This document shows, in pieces, positions 1 through 9,841 of a stretch of 49,106 nt of DNA (position 1 is its first letter; each line of letters opens with the position of its first letter). The DNA lies in assembly GCA_022821265.1 (NCBI GenBank), contig JAJEDW010000076.1, positions 1-49,106 of the forward strand, read 5' to 3'. A program made the position numbers and the translations under genes. The notes beneath the pieces are model-generated. The model saw only the letters and a program-made list of their open reading frames with translations. It searched no databases and was not told the DNA's origin. The stretch is from Acidobacteriota bacterium (lineage in GTDB: Bacteria; Acidobacteriota; Terriglobia; 20CM-2-55-15).

Positions 1-414
1 CGGGACACGGGCGTGCTGCTCAACGTTCGACCGCAGATCAACGACAGCGGCATGGTGACGCTTGAAATCAGTCAGGAGATCAGCCAGGCGGGCGCAAACA
101 ACACGTCCGGCATCGTGGCGCCGGTCATCGGAAAATCCAGCGTCACTTCGACGATCGTGGTCCAGGACGGGCAGACGATCGCGCTGGGCGGGTTCATTCG
201 CGAAACCCTGGAATACGGCCGCAACCGGGTCCCGGTGCTGGGCAGCATACCCGGGCTGGGCCTCCTGTTCGGGAACACGCGCGAACAGACGACGCGCTCG
301 GAGTTGATCCTGTTGATCACTCCCCGCGTCATTCGCGACTTCGACGCCGCGGCGGCCGTGACCGCGGAGCTGCAATCCAAGCTGGAAGAAGTCGAGGCGT
401 TTCTGAACGACTGA
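1..414 (+). CDS. gspD: Type II secretion secretin, C-terminal part (truncated by window edge)
   Basis: Frame is open from base 1 (RDTGVLLNVRPQIN...). Secretin C-terminal signature: VQDGQTIALGG...VPVLGSIPGLGLLF...RSELILLITPRVI. Pseudopilin genes lie nearby. Confidence 0.9.
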   Translation, partial: RDTGVLLNVRPQINDSGMVTLEISQEISQAGANNTSGIVAPVIGKSSVTSTIVVQDGQTIALGGFIRETLEYGRNRVPVLGSIPGLGLLFGNTREQTTRSELILLITPRVIRDFDAAAAVTAELQSKLEEVEAFLND

Positions 415-454
415 CTTCCGGACGGCGACGCGGACGCGAAGGAGTCGACGCGGC

Positions 455-1420
455 GTGGACATCATCAAGGAAATCGTCGACGTCGTCGACATCGAGATCG
501 AAGGCCTTCGGGAGGTCCGCGACCGGATATCCGGGCGCTTCGCCGAGGCGGTCGAGCTCATCGCGAACACCGACGGTCAGGTCTTCGTGACCGGCATCGG
601 GAAGTCCGGCATCATCGCCCAGAAGATCGCGGCGACGTTCCGGAGCACGGGCACGCCGGCGGTGTTCCTGCACGGCGGCGACGGGCTGCACGGCGACGTG
701 GGCATGATCGGAAACGGCGACGTCGTCATCGCCATCGGCAAGAGCGGCGAGACCTCGGAGCTGAACGCGCTCGTCCGGGCGGTTCGGGCCAACGGGGCCC
801 GCGTCGTATCGATGACGTCGAATCCGGACTCGTCGATGGCGGCGCTGTCCGAGATCGTCCTCACGCTCCCGGCCTCGCGCGAGGCCTGTCCGCTCAACCT
901 GACCCCGACCACCAGCACCACGATCGCGCTCGCCGTCGGCGACGGCATCGCGGTCGCCCTGATGAAGCTCAAGAACGTCTCGGAGGAAGACTTCGCGCGT
1001 CACCACCCCGGCGGGCAACTGGGGAAGCGGTTGCTGCTGAAGGTAGGGGACGTCATGCGCAAGGGGGCCGGGAATCCGGTCATTCCAGTCGACAGCAGCG
1101 TTCGCGAGATGCTGGCGCGGATCACGGCGTTCGAGGTCGGAGCGATCTCGATCGCCGGCGCCTCGGGCGAGCTGTTGGGCCTGGTCACCGACTACGACGT
1201 CCGCCGCGCGCTGGCCTCGGACCGCAACCTGCTGGACCTGACGATTCCCGAGCTGATGAACCCGGCGCCGGATACGATCGACGAGAACGAACGCGCGGTC
1301 ACGGCCCTGGAGAGAATGCGCAACCGGAGCAAGCCCACCGCGGTGCTGCCGGTGGTGGACAACGACGGCCGCCCGGTCGGCATGATCCACCTGCACGACC
1401 TGGTGGCCGCTGGTCTTTAG
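455..1420 (+). CDS. kdsD: KpsF/GutQ family arabinose-5-phosphate isomerase (SIS + CBS pair)
   Basis: VTGIGKSG, HGDVGMI, KSGET, EACPLNLTPTTSTT and FARHHPGGQLG motifs, then C-terminal CBS repeats. AAGGAG upstream of the GTG start. Confidence 0.92.
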   Translation: MDIIKEIVDVVDIEIEGLREVRDRISGRFAEAVELIANTDGQVFVTGIGKSGIIAQKIAATFRSTGTPAVFLHGGDGLHGDVGMIGNGDVVIAIGKSGETSELNALVRAVRANGARVVSMTSNPDSSMAALSEIVLTLPASREACPLNLTPTTSTTIALAVGDGIAVALMKLKNVSEEDFARHHPGGQLGKRLLLKVGDVMRKGAGNPVIPVDSSVREMLARITAFEVGAISIAGASGELLGLVTDYDVRRALASDRNLLDLTIPELMNPAPDTIDENERAVTALERMRNRSKPTAVLPVVDNDGRPVGMIHLHDLVAAGL

Positions 1421-1432
1421 GGGCCGGCCCGG

Positions 1433-2455
1433 TCAAGGACCCGCGAATTCCGGCAGGGCGTCGCGCTCCAGCCAGGCCTCCACTCGGCGAAGGACGAGGA
1501 GGCCCAGAATCAAGTCCTCCTCGATTCTGAACAGGAACTTCTGGCGGACGGCGCGCCGGACGCCGTCCGGGGTCCGGGCGACGGAAAGGATCGCGGGACT
1601 GTCCGGCTGGCCGAACTCCATGTAGTCCAACACCGCGGGAGGCAGCGGGCCGCCGGCCAGCCGGGCCATGTCTTCCGGTCCGGCGATCCGCCGTTCGCGC
1701 CTCTCGGCGACGATGCGATCGACGAGCCGCTGGGTCATTCCGGGGACGGCCGAAAGGGCCCGGCGCGGCGCCAGGTTGGGATCGATGCCCGGGCCGCCGT
1801 CGTCCGTCGTCACGAAAGCGTCCAGCCCGGGCCGCAATGTCACGGAGCCCGCCTCGTCGACGAGTCGGTCGATGAAGTCTCCGCGCGTCAGGCCGCGAAT
1901 CAGGAGCGGATCGGCGGCCCCCAGCCGGGCGTTGCGTGCGGCATAGCCCTGGGATGCGTAGCTGAACGATTCCGCCCCGCGCAGCGACAGCTGGTCGTCG
2001 ACGTCGCGCCAGTCCCCCACGGCCGCCGCGACGCGGCCGCCGGTGTCCGCATCCCCCGTCCAGCGCTCGAAGAAGCGTTCCAGGAGTGGAAGCGGCGCCG
2101 TCGAGAGGTTGATCTTCCCGTCGTCCCCCTCCAGGTACAGGTCCACCTGACCCTCCGGGATCTCGATCCGGTAATGGAAGTCCGGCAAGACGGGGGTGAC
2201 CGCGGCGGTCCCCAGCGTCGCGTCCGCCACCCGCCAGCCGTCGTCGACCACGAGGTACCGGGCGAACTCGACGCCGGATTCGGCCAGAAGCTCCGCCGAG
2301 AGGCTCTGGCGTTCCGCGATCGCCACCCGCGCCTCCGACCCGACCGAAGACGCCAGCGTCAGGCCGATGAGCGAGGCCATGGCCACGACCCACAGGACGA
2401 CGATCAGGACCATGCCCGAATCGGCGCGCCGGATATCGCTGGCCCGGCGGTTCAT
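1433..2455 (-). CDS. gspK: General secretion pathway protein K (minor pseudopilin)
   Basis: Start re-called at ATG 2455 (ATGA overlap with the gspJ stop). N-terminus SG|MVLIVVLW, plus GKINL, DWRDxD and IDPNLAP motifs typical of GspK. Confidence 0.85.
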   Translation of the reverse strand: MNRRASDIRRADSGMVLIVVLWVVAMASLIGLTLASSVGSEARVAIAERQSLSAELLAESGVEFARYLVVDDGWRVADATLGTAAVTPVLPDFHYRIEIPEGQVDLYLEGDDGKINLSTAPLPLLERFFERWTGDADTGGRVAAAVGDWRDVDDQLSLRGAESFSYASQGYAARNARLGAADPLLIRGLTRGDFIDRLVDEAGSVTLRPGLDAFVTTDDGGPGIDPNLAPRRALSAVPGMTQRLVDRIVAERRERRIAGPEDMARLAGGPLPPAVLDYMEFGQPDSPAILSVARTPDGVRRAVRQKFLFRIEEDLILGLLVLRRVEAWLERDALPEFAGP

Positions 2456-3087
2456 TGCAGGCGGGCCCCTTCCCGGGTGGCTCGAAAGGACTCCAGCGCC
2501 ACGATCTCGTCGCCATCCGGCGCGGCGAAGCGAATCGCGACGGCGGCGGGCAACCCGTCCCGCGGATCCCATCGTTCCACCCAGCCGCGTTCCAGGCCCC
2601 CGGACCCGTCCTGGAAGTACCGAAACTCGACGCCGCCGGCCGCGAAGAGCCGCCCCGTCCAGTAGGGATCGGTTTCCGGGACGTTCTCGGGCGAGAGGAT
2701 GCGGTGTTCGGACACTTCGAGCGCCCCGCCGCGATCCGGCCCAACCGACGGTTCCCAGTTCCAGCGAATCCACCGCGGTATCGACGACGGACCGTCGGCG
2801 ATGCTGGTTGCGCTCACGAAGTCGATCCGGTCCGGGGCGCCGGAGAACGCGAGGACGCCGCCGGCGCCGACGAGCGGCAAGGCCGCCTGGAGTTGCTCCC
2901 GGGCAAGACGCACGGCCGTGTGGCGATCCCGCAACCGGTCGACGGCCGCGTTGCCCCGCGTCCAGGCCGCGATCCCGACACCCAGCGCCGAGAACGCGCC
3001 CACGGTCACGAGCGCCACGATGGCGAAGGCGACCACCACCTCGATCAGCGTGAAACCACGCCGGGATTCAGTCGAGGGCGACGGCAT
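2452..3087 (-). CDS. gspJ: Prepilin-type pseudopilin, GspJ-like
   Basis: RRG|FTLIEVVVA N-methylation motif, C-terminal W...LPAAVAIRF, and position between gspI and gspK. Confidence 0.8.
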   Translation of the reverse strand: MPSPSTESRRGFTLIEVVVAFAIVALVTVGAFSALGVGIAAWTRGNAAVDRLRDRHTAVRLAREQLQAALPLVGAGGVLAFSGAPDRIDFVSATSIADGPSSIPRWIRWNWEPSVGPDRGGALEVSEHRILSPENVPETDPYWTGRLFAAGGVEFRYFQDGSGGLERGWVERWDPRDGLPAAVAIRFAAPDGDEIVALESFRATREGARLQ

Positions 3088-3490
3088 CGAGCTGGTCGGC
3101 CAACCGCGCGCCTTCCGGCGGCGGGGCTTCCTGAAAACGGTAGGTGTGGAACGTCATCTCGGCGCCGTCGCCGCGGACCGTGACGGAAACCCGGACGATG
3201 TGCTCGGACACCGACTCGCGGTCGCCGGCGAAGAACGATGTCTGGACACGCCACTCCGCCCCGTCCGCGAATCGGCCCGCCGCCTCCTGATCGGCGGGCA
3301 ACGCCTCGACCAGCTTCACCTCGGCCAGCTTGGACCGCGCATGGCGGGTGAGCACATGGGCGGCTTCGACGCGGGAAATGCCCCGGAGCGATACCGACAT
3401 CTGCGCGAAGATCGCGGTGAGGGTCAATCCGAGGATCGTCGTCGCCACGAGGACTTCGATCAACGTGAACCCGCCCTCGACGCGCTTCAC
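3068..3490 (-). CDS. gspI: Prepilin-type pseudopilin, GspI-like
   Basis: GG|FTLIEVLVA motif, 140 aa, H-I-J-K gene order with overlapping boundaries. Confidence 0.78.
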   Translation of the reverse strand: MKRVEGGFTLIEVLVATTILGLTLTAIFAQMSVSLRGISRVEAAHVLTRHARSKLAEVKLVEALPADQEAAGRFADGAEWRVQTSFFAGDRESVSEHIVRVSVTVRGDGAEMTFHTYRFQEAPPPEGARLADQLDAVALD

Positions 3491-3927
3491 GGCGCCTCCT
3501 CGACGAAGCGGATCGCGCCCGGCGCCGGCCCCAGTTCGACGACGCCCCGGCGGCCGCGCCGGTTCTCCAGTTCCAGGCGTTCCGGCCCGACGATCTGCCC
3601 GGAGCCGAGCAGCAGGTAAGTCACCGGGGCCCCGTCACCGATGCGGATCGAGGCATCCAGCGCCGTCCGACGCGAGGACCCGGCGCCGATGAGAACCGCC
3701 TCCCCGTCTTCGACGCGCACGGCCAGGGATTCCTGCCGCATGCGCGCGTCCGCCTGCGTTCGCCGCAACACGGAGACGATCTGCCGTCCGGTCGAACGCA
3801 GCGTCATGTTCTCGAGCCCCGCGCCGATCGACGGGCCGACGAACGCCGCGGCCAGCGCGACGAGGGCCACGACGACGAGCGTCTCGATCAGGGAGATGCC
3901 GGATGTGCGGCGGACAGTGACCTTCAT
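3487..3927 (-). CDS. gspH: Prepilin-type pseudopilin, GspH/FimT-like
   Basis: Start re-called at ATG 3927 (MKVTVRRTSG|ISLIETLVVV), with GAGGG upstream. First gene of the H-I-J-K run. Confidence 0.72.
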   Translation of the reverse strand: MKVTVRRTSGISLIETLVVVALVALAAAFVGPSIGAGLENMTLRSTGRQIVSVLRRTQADARMRQESLAVRVEDGEAVLIGAGSSRRTALDASIRIGDGAPVTYLLLGSGQIVGPERLELENRRGRRGVVELGPAPGAIRFVEEAP

Positions 3928-3996
3928 TGCGCCCTCGCGGTTCAAGGACGCCTGGGGAGGCCGAAAAGACGAATGCCGGGGACGAACTCGCACGCC

Positions 3997-5109
3997 TTAC
4001 CCGGCCGGACGGCCACGGCGGAACTCGCGGACGCGTTCGATGACGTAGTCCACCTCCGCGTCGCGGAGCTCGGGGAAGATCGGTAGCGCCAGGCACGTCC
4101 GGGCGGCCTCCTCGGCCGCGGGACAGTCTCCGGGACGGCCCGTCATCGGCGCCAGCCCTTCCTGCAAGTGGAGCGGGACCGGGTAGTAGATGCGCGTCCC
4201 GACCCCGTGATCGCGGAGATGAGCGGCCAGCCCGTCCCGGTCGGAAGCGCGGATCACGAACTGGTGATACACGGGCCGGTTGAACGCGCTCGGCGCGGGA
4301 ACGCCCACGATCCCGTCCAGGCCCGTTCGATACCGATCGGCGATCGCCCGGCGCCGCGCGTTCCATTCCTCGACATGCGGCAGGCGCACGCGGAGGGCGG
4401 CGGCCTGGATCGCGTCCAGCCGGCTGTTGACGCCCAGGATCGCGTGACGGTAACCGCCCCCGTCGCCGTGGACGCGCAGCAGCCGCAGGCGGCGCGCCAC
4501 GGCGTCGTCTCCGGTCACCACCATGCCGGCGTCGCCGATCGCCGCCAGGTTCTTGGTGGGATAGAACGAGAGGCACCCGGAGAAGCCCATCGTCCCCGCG
4601 CACCGCCCCCGGTGACGGGCGCCGAACGCCTGCGCGGCGTCTTCGATGACCGGCACGCCGTATTCGTCGGCGATGGCCCGGATACGGCGCATGTCCGCAC
4701 AGTCGCCGTAGAGATGCGCCACGACGACGGCCCGCGTCCCGGACGTGATCCGGCGGCGCAGGTCGTCGGGATCCACCTGGAAGGTGTCGACGTCGATGTC
4801 GGCGAAGACGACGCGGGCCCCGAGCCGCAGCGGCGACGACGCGGTCGAGAAGAAGGAGAACGCCGGGACGATCACCTCGTCGCCGGGCCCGATCCCTGCC
4901 GCCATCAGCGAGAGCAGGAGCGCGTCGGACCCGGACGCGACGCCGACGGCGTGCTTCACGTCGAGCGAGGCGGCGACCTTCCGTTCCGCGTCGTCGACGA
5001 CCGCGCCCAGGACGAACCGGTTGGAGTCCACCACGTCCATCAGCGCCCGGGACAGGTCGTCCCTCAACCGCCGGGTCTGACGCCCCAGATCGAAGAACGG
5101 CACCGTCAT
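3997..5109 (-). CDS. DegT/DnrJ/EryC1/StrS family PLP-dependent sugar aminotransferase
   Basis: MTVPFFDL start at 5109. VIEDAAQA, SFYPTKNL (PLP lysine), NSRLDAIQAA and LALPIFPEL motifs. Confidence 0.93.
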   Translation of the reverse strand: MTVPFFDLGRQTRRLRDDLSRALMDVVDSNRFVLGAVVDDAERKVAASLDVKHAVGVASGSDALLLSLMAAGIGPGDEVIVPAFSFFSTASSPLRLGARVVFADIDVDTFQVDPDDLRRRITSGTRAVVVAHLYGDCADMRRIRAIADEYGVPVIEDAAQAFGARHRGRCAGTMGFSGCLSFYPTKNLAAIGDAGMVVTGDDAVARRLRLLRVHGDGGGYRHAILGVNSRLDAIQAAALRVRLPHVEEWNARRRAIADRYRTGLDGIVGVPAPSAFNRPVYHQFVIRASDRDGLAAHLRDHGVGTRIYYPVPLHLQEGLAPMTGRPGDCPAAEEAARTCLALPIFPELRDAEVDYVIERVREFRRGRPAG

Positions 5110-5281
5110 GCCGGCGGCCCGTTGCCGGGACTCCCCGCGACCATCCGTCTCCCGTGGCTCGTTCACGCGGCTTCCGCCCAACCTTCCCGCCGGATCATCG
5201 TCGAAACATATTCGGGCATGGCGACAGCAGCGTACGGGCTCGTATCGGTTAAAATCAACAGACCCGACCGTGGAGCGCATC

Positions 5282-6106
5282 ATGACTTCGAACCGAATAG
5301 CCCGTTGGCTTCCCATCGTGTTTCTCGTCCCGGCCGTCTCCGTCACCGATGGTTGGGCCCAGGAGGGCGAGCTCCGGGACGAACCGCCGCCGATACCGGT
5401 CGAGCAGATTATCGACCAGTTCGTCGCCAAGGAGACCGAGTTCGCCCGGGCCCGGGCCAACTACACGTACCGGCAGGACATCACGGTTCACGAGCTGGAC
5501 GCGGACGATCGCGTCGGCGGCGAGTACCGGATGGTGAGCGAGATCCTGTTCGAGGACAACGGCCGGACACGGACCGAGCGGATCGTCTTCGCACCGCCGA
5601 ACACGCTGGACCGGATCCAGTTGACGCCCCAGGACCTGGAGCGGTACGAGTCGATCCAGCCGTTCGTGATGACCGAAGCGGAGGTCCATCTCTACGACAT
5701 CGAATACGTCGGCAAGCAGCAGATCGACGAGATCGACTGTTACGTCTTCGAGGTCGGACCCCGGGTGATGGAGGACGACGAGCTCTACTTCGAAGGCCGG
5801 ATCTGGGTGGACGATCTCGATCTCCAGATCGTGAAGACGTTCGGGAAGACCGTCCCGGACATCCGTGACGGAGACCAGGACAACCTGTTCCCGCGTTTCG
5901 AGACCTATCGCGAGCAGATCGACGGCGTGTACTGGTTCCCGACCTACACGCGCGCGCTCGACACGCTCGAGTTCCGGACCGGACCCGTGCGCATCCGCGA
6001 AGTCATCCGCTACGAGGACTACCAGCGATTCGAGGCCGACGTGTCGCTGACCTTCGGCGAGGAAGTCGAGGTGGACGCGCCGGAGGCTGAGGAACCCGAC
6101 AACTGA
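5282..6106 (+). CDS. Conserved exported hypothetical protein (beta-rich, possibly LolA/sorting-protein-like fold)
   Basis: Signal peptide ending GWA|Q. Acidic, beta-strand-rich body (YFEGRIWVD, YWFPTY) with GC3-rich coding pattern. Confidence 0.7.
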   Translation: MTSNRIARWLPIVFLVPAVSVTDGWAQEGELRDEPPPIPVEQIIDQFVAKETEFARARANYTYRQDITVHELDADDRVGGEYRMVSEILFEDNGRTRTERIVFAPPNTLDRIQLTPQDLERYESIQPFVMTEAEVHLYDIEYVGKQQIDEIDCYVFEVGPRVMEDDELYFEGRIWVDDLDLQIVKTFGKTVPDIRDGDQDNLFPRFETYREQIDGVYWFPTYTRALDTLEFRTGPVRIREVIRYEDYQRFEADVSLTFGEEVEVDAPEAEEPDN

Positions 6107-6129
6107 GACCCGGCCGACGCCGGAGCAGG

Positions 6130-7710
6130 CTAGGGCAAGAGCGCCGTCAACTCCGACTCGATTTCCGGATACGCGTCTGACAGGTCCGTGGTTTCGCCCG
6201 GATCGTCGGCCAGGTTGAACAACATCCATTCCGTGGGCGCGGCGCCGTCCGGCCCACCCACCGGCGGCCCGTCGATGATCTTCCACGGCCACCGCACCAG
6301 GGCGCGGCGCCGCGCGGTCAACAACGGCACGGCCTCCGCGTGCACCGGCGCCGTGTCGCCCTCGACGCGCCCCCAGAAGGAGCGGCCCCGCACCGGCACG
6401 ACGTTGCGACCCTCGAAAACGGGGCCGGGAGGGTCCCCTCCCGCGATTTCGACGAAGGTCGGGAGCACGTCCATGACGGTGAGGTACGTGCGGTCCAGGC
6501 CGCCCGGCCCCGCGACCGACGGGTGGCGCACGATGGCCGACGACAACGTCCCCCCCGAGTGCAGGGAACTCTTGGTATCCCGGTAGGGGGCCATCGCCGC
6601 TTCGGCCCAACCCTGCCCGTAACCGACGAAGGAATCCGAACGGCCCACGTTGGCCAGGCTGTTGTCCTCCACGCCCCGCGGGATCGTTTGGGGATTGGGG
6701 TCCCGTTCCCCTCCGGCCGCGCCGTTGTCCGACATGAAGACGATCACCGTGTCATCCAGCGCGCCGGACTCCTCCAGGTAATCGATCAGCCGGCCCGCGT
6801 GGAAGTCCATGTTCTCGACCATGGCGGCGTAGATCTCCATGGTCCGGGCCGACATGCGCTTCTCCGCGTCGTCCAGCGTGTCCCAGCGCGCCGCGCTGCT
6901 GACGTAGTTCTCGAGACCCAGGCCCTCGGGCAGGACGCCCAACTCCGCCGCTCGGCTCACCCGGTTTTCGCGCAGGACGTCGTATCCCGCGTCGTAGCGG
7001 CCGCGATATCGGTCGATCCAGTCCTCCGGGACCTGCAGCGGCCAGTGCGGGGCGGTCAGCGCAAGATAACCGAACCAAGGAACGCCGTCGCCCGCGTTCC
7101 GCTCGATCTGCTCGATGAGCTTGTCGGTGTACAGCCTCGTGGAGTACCAACCCTCCGGCGGGTCCCTGCGTTCGCCGTTCTCGCGATAGGCCACCGCCGT
7201 CGGAGGAAAGTTGCTCGGGCCCAGATGACTGTCTCCCGCCCTCACCAGCGCGTAGGTCGACTCGAAACCGCGGCGCGAGGGACTGTCCTGGACCTCGATC
7301 CCGAGGTTCCACTTGCCCGCCATGTAGGTGTGGTAACCCAGAGCCCGGATGCGTTCCGGGAGCAGAGCCACCTCCGGGAGAGGCGGGTCGTCGAGCCCGA
7401 GGACGCCGGCTTCGACGGTCGTCGTGCCGGACATCAGCATGCCTCGAGTGGGCGCACAGCTTGGCCCGACGTGGAAGTTGGTGAATCGGACGCCCTCGAA
7501 GGCCAGACGGTCGAGGTTGGGGGTCGCGATCTCGCCGCCGAACGATCCCAGATCCGTGTACCCCATGTCGTCGGCGAGGATCAGAAGGATGTTCGGCCGC
7601 GCCTGGCCGGGTCCGGCCGTCGACGCCGGGTCTTCGTCTTGCGCGCCGCAACCCGCCGTCATCGCGACAAGAATGGACCACACCGCCCGCCGTCTGATGA
7701 ACACCGGCAT
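6130..7710 (-). CDS. Arylsulfatase (Cys-type, AtsA-like), probable lipoprotein
   Basis: PNILLILADDMG, CAPTR (CxPxR formylglycine motif), GKWNLG, APHWPLQ and SDNG. Lipobox-like MTAG|C. Confidence 0.9.
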   Translation of the reverse strand: MPVFIRRRAVWSILVAMTAGCGAQDEDPASTAGPGQARPNILLILADDMGYTDLGSFGGEIATPNLDRLAFEGVRFTNFHVGPSCAPTRGMLMSGTTTVEAGVLGLDDPPLPEVALLPERIRALGYHTYMAGKWNLGIEVQDSPSRRGFESTYALVRAGDSHLGPSNFPPTAVAYRENGERRDPPEGWYSTRLYTDKLIEQIERNAGDGVPWFGYLALTAPHWPLQVPEDWIDRYRGRYDAGYDVLRENRVSRAAELGVLPEGLGLENYVSSAARWDTLDDAEKRMSARTMEIYAAMVENMDFHAGRLIDYLEESGALDDTVIVFMSDNGAAGGERDPNPQTIPRGVEDNSLANVGRSDSFVGYGQGWAEAAMAPYRDTKSSLHSGGTLSSAIVRHPSVAGPGGLDRTYLTVMDVLPTFVEIAGGDPPGPVFEGRNVVPVRGRSFWGRVEGDTAPVHAEAVPLLTARRRALVRWPWKIIDGPPVGGPDGAAPTEWMLFNLADDPGETTDLSDAYPEIESELTALLP

Positions 7711-7713
7711 TCC

Positions 7714-9558
7714 CTACCGTCTGACGATCCCGGCGGGAATCCAGGCCGGCGTGCCTTCCTCGTACTGATTGTCGGTCAACGGCCGCTGGTTCGAACCGTC
7801 GGCATCCATGATGAACAGCTCGGCGTAGGGCTGCGGCTGGTTGATCGTCAGCGGGGACTCGTCCTTGTAGCCGAAGCGGGAACTGCTCCACAGGATGTGT
7901 TCGCCGTCGGGCGACCAGTGGGAATGCGCGTCGTTGCCTTCGGCGTCGGTCAGCCGCTTCAGACCGGTCCCGTCGGGACGGATGGTCCAGATGTCGAACT
8001 CGTCATACGGGTAGCGCGCATCCGGGGCGTACCGGGTGAACATGATCTGATCGCCTTTCGGGGACCACTGCGGCAGCGTATCGTAGTCGGTGGTGAGAAC
8101 GCTGGACTCGCCGGTGGCGACGTCGACGATCCGCAGGCCTTCGCCCGCCTCGTTGTCGGTCCAGTACCGGAACACGATCCGCGTTCCATCGGGCGACACG
8201 CTCGGGAAGCCGGCGTTGCCCGGTTCATCGGTCACCGCGTGGGGTTCGGAGCCGTCCGACCGGATTCTCCAGATTTGCGCCGGTTGGCTTGTGCGCTGGC
8301 CGAAGAAGCCGCCGGCCCCGAACGCCAGCCACTCGCCGTCGCGCGTCCACTCCAGCCCCATCACGGTGACGTCGTCCTGGTAGACCCGTCGCGGGTTGGT
8401 GCCGTCGGCATCCCACATCACCAGCGCCATGCGGTCGCTGCTGGGCGATCGCTCGCTGACGACGAGCGTCCGGCCGTCCGGTGAGATCGCCGGCCAGCCG
8501 CTGGCGTGAACGAGTTCGAAACCGGGATCCTCGACCGTGCCGAGCAGTCTCTTGCCTGGCGTGATCGTGTAATGGTGCATGGTTTCCAACTGCCCGGACT
8601 GATAGACGACCTGCGCGCCGTCCGGCGACCACGAGGGATTGGCCAGGTCCCGGGGCGACGCCGCCTCGCCGCCGGTGAACGCGAGCGTTCCGGCTCCCCG
8701 AGTCTTGACCCAGTACCCGACGCGGTCCGGTGCGAGGAACTGCGGCGACACTTTCAATCCCGGACCGGAGGCGTGGACGGTGCGCTCGCCCGTGGCCACG
8801 TCCATCGAGACGATCGTGGACGCCCCCCGGCCGAAATGCGCTCCGAAAGTCTCCACCACGGGCATCTCGTAGAACACGATGCGGCTGCCGTCGGCGGACC
8901 AGCTCGGCGATCCCGCGCTCGTTTCCGGGTCCGATGTCAGCTTGCGCAGTCCGGCGCCATCCACCCCGATCAGGTAGATGCTGGCCCATTGCACGTGTTC
9001 CCATTTGCCTGCCGGACCCGGATAGCCCTGGTGAGGCTGCCCGGTGCCCCGGTCCGAGGTGAAGGCGATCGTCTGCCCGTCCGGAGACCAGCTCGGGCGA
9101 AAATCCCCGCCCGCGGCATTCGTCAGGTTTCGAACCCGGCGGCTTTCCAGGTCCATGACGTAGATATCCGTCGAGCCCGCGTCCCGGCTGGAAACGAAGG
9201 CCACGGACCGATTGTCCGGCGACAGCGCCGCCTGATCGTCGAAGGCCGGGGAATCGGTCAGCCTTTCCAGGCCGGTCCCGTCCGCGCGGATCCTGTAGAT
9301 GTCCGCGGACCCGTTCCGCTCCGAGGTGAACACGACCCACCGGCCATCGTGCGAAAACGAGGCGTTGTAGTCCAACTCGGCGCCCGCGACCAGCTTCCGC
9401 GGGTTACTCCCGTCCACGTCGGCGATCATCAACTCGGAACGCAACGGTTGATACTGGTCCACGAAAATGCGCCCCACGTCCTGCGCGTCCAAGGTCGCCG
9501 CAACAACAAGGGCAACACCCGTGGACACCATTCCAGTGCGCGCCGAAAAGCCTCTCAT
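7714..9558 (-). CDS. Exported TolB-like/PD40 beta-propeller repeat protein (about two propellers)
   Basis: Many PSWSPDG / LTD repeats. Start re-called at ATG 9558 with AAGGAG RBS. Signal peptide ending LDA|Q. Stop lies 3 bp before the sulfatase start. Confidence 0.85.
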   Translation of the reverse strand: MRGFSARTGMVSTGVALVVAATLDAQDVGRIFVDQYQPLRSELMIADVDGSNPRKLVAGAELDYNASFSHDGRWVVFTSERNGSADIYRIRADGTGLERLTDSPAFDDQAALSPDNRSVAFVSSRDAGSTDIYVMDLESRRVRNLTNAAGGDFRPSWSPDGQTIAFTSDRGTGQPHQGYPGPAGKWEHVQWASIYLIGVDGAGLRKLTSDPETSAGSPSWSADGSRIVFYEMPVVETFGAHFGRGASTIVSMDVATGERTVHASGPGLKVSPQFLAPDRVGYWVKTRGAGTLAFTGGEAASPRDLANPSWSPDGAQVVYQSGQLETMHHYTITPGKRLLGTVEDPGFELVHASGWPAISPDGRTLVVSERSPSSDRMALVMWDADGTNPRRVYQDDVTVMGLEWTRDGEWLAFGAGGFFGQRTSQPAQIWRIRSDGSEPHAVTDEPGNAGFPSVSPDGTRIVFRYWTDNEAGEGLRIVDVATGESSVLTTDYDTLPQWSPKGDQIMFTRYAPDARYPYDEFDIWTIRPDGTGLKRLTDAEGNDAHSHWSPDGEHILWSSSRFGYKDESPLTINQPQPYAELFIMDADGSNQRPLTDNQYEEGTPAWIPAGIVRR

Positions 9559-9742
9559 GGCCGTTCTCCTTGGCGCAGATCGCGCCGTGACGGATCGGAC
9601 CGCCATTGTTTTGCCCGGCGCACGGCAAGTCAAGCGATTCCGGCGAGAGCCGCCCCTGCCCGAAAACCGGATACGGTCGCGATCCGTTCGCCCACGACAC
9701 GCGTCGCCATGCCCGAGTCTCGCGGATCCAAGCCTATAGAGC

Positions 9743-9772
9743 TTGACATCATCGAATCCACGTCACTAGTGT
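9743..9772 (+). promoter_or_regulatory. Putative sigma70 promoter of the FAH-family gene
   Basis: Perfect TTGACA (9743-9748), 18-bp spacer, TAGTGT (9767-9772). Confidence 0.45.
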
Positions 9773-9841
9773 TCCCGGTGTTCAACATTTTTGCCCGTGA
9801 GTCCGATCCGGACCCGACGTCCGATCGGAGGAGGAGTGTCC

